This document shows, piece by piece, positions 24,360 through 35,273 of a stretch of 64,000 nt of DNA. Within the stretch, counting starts at the first letter, position 1. Every line of letters begins with the position of its first letter. Below the pieces are notes generated by a model. That model was not told where the DNA came from, did no database searches, and worked only from the letters and a program-made list of their open reading frames with translations. The position numbers and the translations under genes were made by a program. The stretch comes from Ranitomeya imitator (lineage: Eukaryota): contig NC_091282.1 in NCBI RefSeq assembly GCF_032444005.1, positions 1,025,356,001-1,025,420,000 of the forward strand, given 5' to 3'.

Positions 24360-25109
24360 TAGTGTTGAGCGATACCGTCCGATACTTGAAAGTATCGGTA
24401 TCGGATAGTATCGGCCGATACCCGAAAAGTATCGGATATCGCCGATACCGATATCCGATACCAATACAAGTCAATGGGACACCAAGTATCGGAAGGTATC
24501 CTCATGGTTCCCAGGGTCTGAAGGAGAGGAAACTCTCCTTCAGGCCCTGGGATCCATATTAATGTGCAAAATAAAGAATTAAAATAAAAAATATTGATAT
24601 ATTCACCTCTCCGGCGGCCCCTGGACATCACGCGGCTAACCGGCAGGCTTCTTTGTTCAAAATGAGCGCGTTTAGGACCTGCGAATGACGTCACGGATTC
24701 TGATTGGTCGCGTGCCGCCCATGTGACCGCCACGCGACCAATCAGAAGCCGCGACGTCATTCCTCAGGTCCTAAACTCCTAGAATGAGGAATGACGTCGC
24801 GGCTTGTGATTGGTCGCGTGGCGGTCACATGAGCGGCACGCGACCAATCAGAATCCCCGACGTCATTCGCAGGTTCTAAACGCGCTCATTTTGAACAAAG
24901 AAGCCTGCCGGTTAGCCGCGTGATGTCCAGGGGCCGCCGGATAGGTAAATATATAATATTTTTTTATTTTAATTCTTTATTTTACACATCCCTATGGATC
25001 CGATACCGATACCCGATACCACAAAAGTATCGGATCTCGGTATCGGAATTCCGATACCGCAAGTATCGGCCGATACCCGATACTTGCGGTATCGGAATGC
25101 TCAACACTA
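24360..25109. mobile_element. hAT-type MITE, 750 bp
   Basis: TAGTGTTGAGC TIRs, GATACC-rich subtermini, perfect 8-bp TSD ATCATGAC; reverse-oriented sister copy at 45684-46447. Confidence 0.92.
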
Positions 25110-25167
25110 ATCATGACCAACTGCCATATGACAAATATACTTTAAAGAGGTTGTCCACTACATTCTA

Positions 25168-26725
25168 CACTGTGTTCCAAATTATTATGCACAAAGAGTT
25201 TAGGGGTGATAAGGTTAGAATTTTTTGTTTGTCATTTAAACTCATTGATGGTGATGTGTGTCAAGGTTGTTTATATCACTGAAAGCAATTGCAGATACCT
25301 GTGCAAAGTAGTTTGGCAGGTGTGTCCAAATAAAGGCAAGACTACTTAAGAGGGCTGTTCCACATTATTAAGCAGCCTACATTTTTAGCCAAAATGGGAA
25401 AGAAAAAGGATGTGTCGGCTGCTGAGAAGCAACAAATTGTGGAGTATTTAGGTCAAGGCATGACTACAATCAACATTGCCAAGACACTTCATCGTGATCA
25501 TTGCACAATCAAGAAGTATGTAGCTGGTTCCCAGCATACAGGTTTGCGTGCTGATAAGGAAAAATTGAAGACTCTTTCCAACAGGCAATTGCGTAAGGTT
25601 AAAAAAGCAGCTGCAAAAATACCTTATCATAGCAGCAGGCAAGTTTTTGAAGCTGCTGGTGCCTCCAATGTCCCCAGAACAACAAGATGCAGGGTCCTTC
25701 AGAGGTTTGCAGCTGTGCGTAAGCCATCCTGTCGACCACCTCTATCCACTGCACACAAGCAGAAATGGCTCCAGTGGGCCAAATGATACATGAAGACTGA
25801 CTTCCAAACTGTTTTGTTCACTGATGAGTGCCGTGCAACGTGCGATGGTCCAGATGGATGGAGTGGAGGATGGCTGGTTGATGGACACCCCATGAAAACG
25901 CCAACAAGGAGGAGGTGGAGTAATGTTTTGGGCTGGAATCATAGGGAGAGAGATTGTCGGCCCCTTTATGATCCCTGAAGGGGTAAAGATGAACTCCATA
26001 ATCTATGTGGAGTTTCTAAAACAACACTTCCTGCCATGGTTCAAGAGGAAGAACCGTGCTTTCCGCAGCAAGATCATTTTCATGCATGATAATGCACCGT
26101 CTCATGCTGCAAAAAACACATCTGCATCTCTGGCTGCTATGGGCATAAAAGAGGACAAACTTATGGTGTGGCCACCATATTCCCCTGACCTCAACCCCAT
26201 TGATAACCTCTGGAGCATCATCAAAAGGAGTGTCTAGGATGGCGGGAGGCAGTTCACATCTAAGCAACAGCTCTGGGAGGGTATTCTGTCCACATGCAAA
26301 ACAATTGAAGCAGAAACTATCCAAAAACTAACAAATTCAATGGACGAGAGAGTTCAGAAGCTTCTTTTGAACAAGGGGTCCTATGTGCAAATGTAACATC
26401 ACCTAGAATAAAGTTTTCACTTGAAAACTGTTTGATTTCATTTTGTAATAAGCTGATAATGCTTATAACTTCACAATTGACCATTTTTTTGTTCAAAATT
26501 AAATAAAAAAGGTTGAAAACTCTGCTGTGCATAATAATTTGGAACATGCACTTTGAGTGTTTATTTTTTTTTTAAAGATACTGTTTTCACAGGCAGTTTG
26601 TTCCACAACATTGCAATTATACTAGAATAGTAGATGACTGGAAAATAACAATGACTGCAATTCAGATAGGTAATTTAGAGAAAATATGAGGAAATATTAT
26701 TTGCATAATAATTTGGAACACAGTG
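25168..26725 (+). mobile_element. Tc1-like DNA transposon with 37-residue D-E spacing, defective
   Basis: TIR CACTGTGTTCCAAATTATTATGCA, TA TSD, 1558 bp; transposase remnants. Confidence 0.92.
25394..26396 (+). pseudogene. Tc1-like transposase pseudogene
   Basis: HTH N-terminus, FTDE, MHDNAPSH, SPDLNPIDN; in-frame stops and a frameshift. Confidence 0.9.
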
Positions 26726-27382
26726 TATAGTGCCCGCACCAATTTAAACTTTCTAAAGACGTATTTTTGTAAACACCTCTTTTTGCCATCTGCGATGATG
26801 AGCGGCGCTATTGCTGACAGCTCACTAGGCATCATGTGATTCCGGTAGCAGCCGCTGCTGACATCCATTGATGTTGTGTCAAGTTCCAGACCCCCTTGCA
26901 ACATCCAGGCGTTACCCAGTCGTATGCATCCCTCCTGACTGACTGGGCTGTGGGTGGTGTTTCACCGCACGTCCCAGCTCAGAATCCAGCACATGCTTGC
27001 TGCCAGGGCCGGTTTTATGCAAAGTGGGACCCTAGGCAAAAGTTTAAAATGGGGCCCCAAATGCTGACGTATTGCACATCACACAGAAGCATTTCTGTTG
27101 TATTTGCATGCGCTGAGTTCAGACCGCTAAACGAGTGTGATCGAAAAAATATTGAAGTCGTTCGCTGGTTTTCTGAGAAAGAATGGGAACAGAACAATCA
27201 CTATTAGATCAATCTGTCCCCATACAGTATCATGTTATTAGCAGCATATCATTTACACCGGCGATGTGCTGCTGAGAACAAGGATTTCTGTTCCCACATA
27301 AACAATCCAATCACTCGATGAATAGGCAGCATTTTGCTTGTTTAGTACAATACATCCCATAGTCCTCCACATAGTATAATGT

Positions 27383-27749
27383 TATGAAAACTGTTGAAGG
27401 AAAGAGCGCAAATAGTGTCTTATCTGAGAAGGTTAAAAGGTTAATCCATAAGATTTCACTCACCAGATGTAGCTGAGTTTAGGCAATGAAAGGATTCTCT
27501 GCAGCAGATCCACGAGTCCAGGAAGGACCAGCCGTTAGATATAGATTGGGATAATTGTGGTAAATTTCTGCGCTGCTGAATCACTAGAATTCCAGAATTC
27601 TTAGTACATGTGGCTTTATTATTCTATGCGTTTCAGAGTTCAAGACTCCTTCATCAGGATACACCACAGGAAAATCTTCTTCTTGTTCTCCATTCTTGAA
27701 TTCTAGTGATTCAGCAGTGCAGAAATTTACCACAATTATCCCAATCTGT
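27383..27749 (-). mobile_element. 5'-truncated Penelope-like insertion with inverted 3' fragment
   Basis: 50-bp inverted arms 27543-27592 / 27698-27747; 14-bp flanking duplication ACATAGTATAATGT; hammerhead, AATAAA and GGTGAGT donor on the minus strand. Confidence 0.75.
27621..27660 (-). ncRNA. Minimal type I hammerhead ribozyme (near-intact core)
   Basis: ATC-CTGATGA-AGGAGT CTTGA ACTCT-GAAA-CGCA-TA-GAAT: exact CUGAUGA/GAAA core, stem II with one bulge, UA cleavage site; stem III palindrome CGCG>CGCA. Confidence 0.7.
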
Positions 27750-29680
27750 ACATAGTATAATGTGCACCACAGTCCTCCATATTGTAAAATGCACATCCCA
27801 TAGTCCTCCATATAATAGATTGTGCCCCATAGTCCTCCATATAGTATAATACACTCCCCAAAGCCCTCCACATAGTATAATACACTCCCCATAGTCCTCC
27901 ACATAGTATACACTCCCCATAGTCCTCCATATATTAAAATACACTCCTCAGTCCTCCATATAGTATAATATACTCCCCATAGTCCTCCATATAGTTTAAT
28001 ACACTCACTATAGTCCTCCATATATTAAAATACACTCCTTAGTCATCCATATAGTATTATACACTACCCATAGTGCTCCATATAGTATAATATACTCCTC
28101 ATAGTCCTCCATATATTAAAATACACTCCTCAGTCTTCTATATAGTATAATACACTCCTCATAGTCAGCCATATATTAAAATACACTGCTTAGTCCTCGA
28201 TATAGTATAATACACTCCTCATAGTGCTCCATATAGTGTTATACACGCCCTATAGTCCTCCATATAGTATAATACACTCCTCAGTCCTCCATATAGCATA
28301 ATACACTCCTCATAGTCCTCCATATATTAAAATACACTGCTCAGTCCTCGATATAGTATAATACACTCCTCATAGTGCTCCATATAGTATAATATACTCC
28401 CCATAGTCCTTGATATAGTATAATACACTCCCCATAGTCCTCCATATATTAAAATACACTCCTCAGTCATCCATATAGTATTATACACTACCCATAGGCC
28501 TACATATAGTATAATATTATAATATACTCCTCACAGCAGCCCCTCCATAGAATATATGGTAGCCCCCTCATAGAGCATAATGCAGCCTATATTATATTCT
28601 ATGGGGGCTGCATTATATTTTATCGGGGATAAAATATAATGCAGCCCCCATAGAATATAATGTAGCCCCTCCATTGAATACAATGTAGCCCTTCTCATAT
28701 AGTATAATGCAGCCCCCCATAGAATATAATGTAGCCCCCTCATAGACTATAATGAAGCCTCCCATACACCACATAATCTAGCCCCAAAGAATATAATGCA
28801 GCCCCATCAAAGGGTATGATACAATATGATCCCTCATAAAATCTAATACAGCCCCCCATAGAATATAATTTAGCCCCTCAGAGAATATATTGCAGCCAAC
28901 CTCCCCATAGAATAGAATACAGCCCCCCATAGAATATAATGCAGCCCCCCAGAGAATGTAATACAGCCCCCCATAGAATATACTGTAATGTAGCCCCTCA
29001 GGGAATATAATACAGCCAACCTCCCCATAGAATATAATACAGCCCCCCATAGAATATAATGTAGCCTCCCAGAGCGTATAATACAGCCCCCTATAGAATA
29101 TAATGTAGCCCCCAGAGAATAATACAGCCCGCCTCCCCATAGAATATAATGTAGCCCTATCAAAGAGTATGATGCAATCCTCCCCCATAGAATATAATAA
29201 AGCCCCCCATAAAATATAATGTAGGTCCCCATAGAATATTATACAGCCCACCATAGAATATAATACAGCCCTCCCCCATAGAATCTAATACAGAATTCCA
29301 CCATAGATTATAATACAGCCCCCCATGGAATAGAATATAGCCCTCCCCCATAGACTATAATACAGCCCTCCCCCATAGAATATAATACAGCCCTCCCCCA
29401 TAGAATCTAATACAGAACTCCCCCATAGAATCTAATAGAGCACTCCACCATAGATTATAATACAGCCCCCCATAGAATATAATATAGCCCTCCCCATAGA
29501 ATCTAATACAGCCCTCCCTCATAGAATACAATACAGCCCTCCCCACAGAATCTAATACAGCCCTCCCCATAGATTCCCCTCCCCCATAGAATCTAATGCA
29601 GCCCTCCCTCATAGAATGTAATACAGCCCCCCATAGAATATAATACAGCCCTCCCCCATAGAATATAATGTAGCAGACCC
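27750..29680. repeat. Compound minisatellite (~31-bp CCATATAGTATAATACACTCCCCATAGTCCT, then ~21-26-bp CCCCCATAGAATATAATRCAG)
   Basis: Tandem units directly visible; the period changes near 28530. Confidence 0.9.
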
Positions 29681-31118
29681 CCCTCCCGAGAATGTACCCA
29701 CAGTCCAGTAATCACTCATTGATATATTTTACAAAAAACACACAATCCTCATCTCTCCTCATGCCCCGTGCTGCTCCCGGCTCGGCTCCGGTCTCAGCGG
29801 CTGCAGTCTGCCTGGCACACAGCAGGTACGCAATGACGTTACCCACAGTGTCAGAGGCAGAGAGGGGAATGATGGGAGAGGGAGCTTCAGATGATGCTCT
29901 CTCCTCCATCATTGCTTTGAACTGTACAGCCATCTATGACCCGGTATAGTTCAATGCGGTGGCAGGGAGGAGGCAGTCGGCGCTGGTGGGGGGAGTCGGT
30001 GCTGGCGGCAGGCGACTGGCTGGGGGACCCTGGGGGGGCGGGGGCCCTAGGCACCTGCCTGGTCTGCCTCCCTCTAACCCCGGCCCTGCTTGCTGCTAAT
30101 GAAAGCAGAGAGAGAAAGCACAGATGGCAACAAGAGGTATTTACAGATTAAATCTGTGAAGGAATTATACAATGTAGTGCACAACCTCTTTAATGACTAG
30201 AAAACTGGCATACTTTGTAGATGAAATGTACAACAACCCACAGCTGGAATAGATTTGTATTCTGGTGTATAAACAGCCCCAAAAATGTGCCGAAAATATT
30301 TGGGTATGAGCTTCTTGATAAATTTGGCTTCCTTTAATCCAGCAAGTTTATAGTCGGTCTTGATAAAATCCCCCCAACAAGTAACAAACACAAGTCAAGC
30401 TTTATACTATAAATTGCAAGTGAAACCGATATGACCAAGAACTTTAGGATCATCCTAGTCCTAAGATGGTTCCCTTATGCTGATCTAATGCTACATCCCC
30501 TTCTAAGTATTGCAGTGTGCACACTGGGCTTTGCAGGGAACTGCGGGGAGCCCAGTTCATATTAATGGGGTCCCCTTGCACCTCCCTGCTCAGTGTGTGC
30601 CAGGTAGATGTAATGTATTTTCCAGTCATTATAAAATAACTATATGAGAAGGTCAGGACCGATATACAGGTCGGGAAGGTTATATTTCCCCCACTCTAAT
30701 ATTCATACTGATTGTATTCATTTGTTATCACTGATTAGAAAAAGTGTGGGTTTTTGACAACAGTTGAAATGTACCGGTATTCATGAATTTAAAAGTCTGA
30801 GATGCAATTTGCAAAGATTCGTACCCCACATTCCCCAACCAAAATACCAGGAGTCACTTCACACATGGCTGAAGGCTCAGATAACGGGCTAATGGCATCA
30901 AGCGCGGCTGTGCGGTCTCCCAATAATGCCCTGCAGCTAACACATCACATGGTCTAGTGCAGCCAATCAAGGGGGCTATCACAAGCAGAGTGAAGGGGAC
31001 CAGACAAGCGCCATTTTATGTTTGTACAGTGTAACAATAGGGCAGAGCGCACAGCTTGTAACACACCAGGACAGAAAAAAGCCTAATCTGATTGTGGTGG
31101 ACGACTTTCAGTGTTTAA

Positions 31119-32000
31119 GGGTGGTTTCACACTTGCGTTTTTGTCTGCAGCGTTTTTTTTTTCAAAAAAACGCATGCGTTTTTTTTCCCTATATTTAACA
31201 TTGAAAATGCATGCGTTTTTTGGTGTACGCGTTTGGTCGCGTTTTTTGACGCATGCGTTTTTTTACTGCATGCGTTCATTTTCTGAAATGCTACTTGTAG
31301 TATTTTTAGAAGCGTTTTTTGGACCAAAAAAAAACGCATGCGTTTTCATGCGTTTTTTTTGGGTCAAAAAATACATTGGAGTCAATGGGGACGCATGCGT
31401 TTTTTGGTGCATGCGTTTTTTGCGGTAAAAAACATGCGTTTTTTTATTAAAAAAACAGAAAACACACTGATATGCCACCCCCCAACATAAAGGTGATAAA
31501 GGGAACCTAACCCTACCCCTAACCCTACCCCTAACCCTAAGGGATCCTAACCCTAACCCTAACCCTAACCCTACCCCTAACCCTAAGGGATCCTAACCCT
31601 AACCCTAACCCCTTTATGGTTAGGGTTAGGGGTAGGGTTAGGGGTAGGGTTAGGATCCCTTAGGGTTAGGGGTAGGGTTAGGGGTAGGGTTAGGTGTAGG
31701 GTTAGGGTTAGGATCCCTACCCCTACCCCTAACCCTAACCCTAACTATTTCTGTTTATAGTGGTTTTTTTACTTTACTTTGATGATTGGCAGCTGTCACA
31801 CATTTCTCAGCATGCGTTTAAAAAACGCAAACGCATGTAAAAAACGCATGTAAACGCGTCAAAACGCCGCGTTTTTTTCACCACATGCAAAAACGCATGC
31901 GTCAAAAAAACGCAGCGTTTACATGCGTTTTTTCACCATGCTTTTTTTGCGTTTTTTACCGCAAAAACGCACCCGAAAAAACGCCAATGTGAAACCAGCC
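31119..32000. mobile_element. Harbinger-type MITE with an internal telomere-like array
   Basis: TIR GG(G/C)TGGTTTCACA, TAA/TTA flanks; AAAAAACGCATG subterminal repeats. Confidence 0.85.
31506..31745. repeat. Interstitial telomere-like repeats in alternating orientation
   Basis: (CCCTAA/CCCCTA)n 31506-31612, (TTAGGG/TAGGGG)n 31618-31712, (CCCTAA)n 31715-31745, punctuated by AAGGGATCC. Confidence 0.92.
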
Positions 32001-32933
32001 TTAGCTGATTAAAAATGGGAATGCAAAGTGTCAGCCTGTGACTACAGACCCTCAGGTTCAAGTGATCTATAGTGAAGTGCTGCACCTGTATAGCTACTCA
32101 GTGTTTCTGAATTCATTACTTTTAGGGCACATACAGACGATCGTATTTCAAGTTTGAATGCGATCCAACAAAAACATAACATCGCACCAAGACCAATATT
32201 ATTCTATGGGGCCCAGCACATGTATGATTTTTTACCTCAGACATAGCTGGTCCAAGGGAAAAAATCACAGAATGCCAGAGTTTGATCCAGTATTCGGATT
32301 GCAGTTGGAGATGCAAGTCACACACGCATGTTGCACGTGTAGATCTTGGATCCAATGTGGGTGGGCTTGCCGAGGAGAGTGTGGCTAAGCTGCTACATGG
32401 TGGAGTCAGAATTGAGCTGCAGGTAGCCCCCATGTACCACTCCAAGGCAGTCCTCCGTACTGACGCTGCTGACCACAGGGATCAAGTAGGCAGACATGAA
32501 CATGGGCTCTGTACAGACTGCACAGCTTCTGGACCCTCACAGAACAGACACTGACACAGAGTCACGGACAGGACTGGATCCAGAGACTAGTATACCAGTT
32601 CGGACAATGCACAGTATGGGGACAGGTACTCATTTAGACCCACAGGTCTCGGGAACAGGCATAGGTTCTGGCTTCAGAGTACAGGGACTGACTGCACAAT
32701 GACCAGGCATTCGGCACCTTCCTATTGGGGAGTTTTCCTTTTATACAAGATGCCACTCAGAAATTTTCAGCTGGGAGCATATTAGCAGGTGTGTGCGCTG
32801 CCCCTCTGAGAAGTCAGTGCACATGAAGCAGGGAGATGTGCCAGAGACAGGGAGGTGACCGCTCCATGCGGCAGTGAGTATCTTGGTGTTCTTGCATGGA
32901 GGGAGGAAGGAGAATTATGCAGGGTTAGGGTTA

Positions 32934-33340
32934 GGCTAGGTCCACATTGCATTAGGGCAATCCGTTTAACGCATCCGTTAAATGGATGAGCTAAATATGA
33001 GCCCAAATTGTCTTGTATTTCTGCCATCGCATTAACGCATGCGTTAACCCATGTACAGTAGCTGCGCATTTGCCTGCATTTGCAATAGAGTTCTATGCAG
33101 AACAAACACTTCTGTTCACTGTGCGTTAGCCATACCAGTCCCGAAAACATGGTAGTCCGCTTTGGAAGGTGCATCAAAAACTAATGAACCATTGCAAACG
33201 CATGCCAATTTTGACATGTGCTAGGATCCGTTACACTAATGCAAGTCTATGGGTGCGTTAACATATCCGTTACATAGCGTTAGTGCTGCTTACAAACGGA
33301 TTCGTTAAACAGATCGCCCTAACGCAATGTGGACCTAGCA
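32934..33340. mobile_element. Harbinger-type MITE
   Basis: TTA-GGCTAGGTCCACATTGC ... GCAATGTGGACCTAGC. Confidence 0.75.
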
Positions 33341-34373
33341 TAGGTCTAGAGTATGTTGATGTCCTTGCATGGAGGGAGGAAGGAGAATTATGCAGGGGCA
33401 CCGGCAATAGGGTTACAGAAACCATCGGGTGGCATCTGAGTATAGTCCAATTTCCCCGGACCAACATAATGGAGAAAGTGGAGAATGTTTTTTTCTCCAC
33501 CTTCATTGCATCTGAGAGAATTGAAGCACATTATGATCATACTCTGATCAAACTTTGATCAGAGTTTAATCAGAGTGTCATTTGCATAATTATATAGAGT
33601 TGAGTGAACCCAAACTGTAAAATTCGGGGTTCGTACCTGACAGCTAGTGTCCGTTACTGAAACCCCAAACACTGACTTTTTACCTGGAGTCTGGTGTACT
33701 GGTTGGGTTTGGTGACAAATAAACTTTGTTGAAAGTCAGCAGTGCAACCAATAAACAAGATTTTAGGCTGTGGGCACTTCCAGCTCCATCACAACCATGA
33801 CAAGTCTTGTCATGGCTGTGATTGGCTGGCGCACCACGCGACCCAGCCTGTATAAGTGTGAGATCACTGGTGCCGCTGCCATTCTGCTCTGATTAGTGTT
33901 GGGACAGAAAGCAGCTGACATGAGGGACAGTATTAGATTTTGTGTGTGTGCCCTCTGCTGAAAAGCCTGTGTGTGTATTCTGAACATGTCTTAGTGGTAG
34001 TACTGTGCCTTAAAGCCTCTGTGTGTACTCGGCACCCAAGTCTACGTGAGTACTGTGCCTTTAAGCCTCTGTGTGTACTCTGCACCAGTGTTTGTGGGAT
34101 TTCTGTGTCAAAAAGTCTCTATGTATCCTTTTCGCCACATCCGGGGCGAGTAGTGTGACTAAAAATTGCATACTTTGCAGCAGTGGTGTACCGCTAATGG
34201 AGGCAGGCCATTCAACTGCTATGGGACCCGTGAGCCAGGGAACCCGGTGCCAGTGCCCATACCGGGCTCCTCCCTCCACCAGTCATCAACGTGAGCAATG
34301 ATGATGCTGACCCCCTCCCCACATAATTCATTTTCGGAGTCTGCTGTCTCAGAGCGGCCAGCGTAATGGCGTC

Positions 34374-35137
34374 TGTTGTGAATTCTGTTGTCGGGCTCCC
34401 TCCTGTGGTCAGTCCATGGACTTCCTCTGGTGGGTGTTTCTGAGTTTCCTTCCACAGGTGACGAGGTTAATTCGTTAGCTGGCTGCTCTATTTAACTCCA
34501 CTTAGATCTTTGCTCCATGCCACCTGTCAATGTTCCAGTATTGGTCTAGTTCACTCCTGGATCGTTCTTGTGACCTGTCTTCCCAGCAGAAGCTAAGTTC
34601 CAGCTTGTATTTCTTTGGTTTGCTATTTTTCTGTCCAGCTTGCTATTTTTATTGTTGTCTTGCTTGCTGAAAGCTCTGGGACGCAGAGTCCGTGAGTCGG
34701 TGCGGAGGGTCTTTTTGCGCCCTCTGCGTGGTCTTTTTGTAGGTTTTTGTGCTGACTGCAAAGTAACCTTTCCTATCCTCGGTCTGTTCAGTAAGTCGGG
34801 CCTCACTTTGCTAAATCTATTTCATCTCTGTGTTTGTATTTTCATCTTTACTCACAGTCATTATATGTGGGGGGCTGCCTTTTCCTTTGGGGAATTTCTC
34901 TGAGGCAAGGTAGGCTTTATTTTTCTTTATTCAGGGCTAGCTAGTTCCTTAGGCTGTTGGATAGGGAGCGTTGGGGGCAATCCACTGCTATTTCTAGTGT
35001 GTTTGATAGGATTAGGGATTGCGGTCAACAGAGTTCCCACGTCCCAGAGCTCGTCCTTTATTATCAGTAACTATCAGGTCATTCCGTGTGCTCTTAACCA
35101 CCAGGTCCATTATTGTCCTGACCACCAGGTCATAACA
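34374..35137 (+). repeat. 5' LTR of element B (764 bp)
   Basis: TGTTGTGAATTC...TCATAACA; three small deletions relative to the 3' LTR. Confidence 0.93.
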
Positions 35138-35273
35138 GTACAGGTGGCCCAAAGTACTAATGCATCTCAATAGAGGGATAAGAGAAGTTCTGAGACCATT
35201 TTTTTTTCTTTGCACTGTGTTTTGTCTCTCTTTTCCCCTTTACCTCTGGGTGGTTCAGGACACAGGTGTAAAC

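Larger units (their letters stand above)
27004..30088. mobile_element. Non-autonomous hAT element with internal minisatellites
   Basis: CAGGGCCGG / CCGGCCCTG TIRs; perfect 8-bp TSD CTTGCTGC. Confidence 0.88.
25146..30189. mobile_element. T2/Kolobok-type MITE expanded by nested insertions
   Basis: TTAA-AGAGGTTGTCCACTAC ... GTAGTGCACAACCTCT-TTAA; contains a Tc1 and a hAT element. Confidence 0.75.

Noticed and set aside
27584-29612. Many repetitive ORFs (MEDYGECIILYGG...)
   Set aside because: Translations of the minisatellite; the same applies to 40685-42633 and 53342-54875.
31506-31745. Ancestral telomere-telomere fusion site
   Set aside because: The arrays lie wholly inside a MITE with TIRs and TSD and are short.
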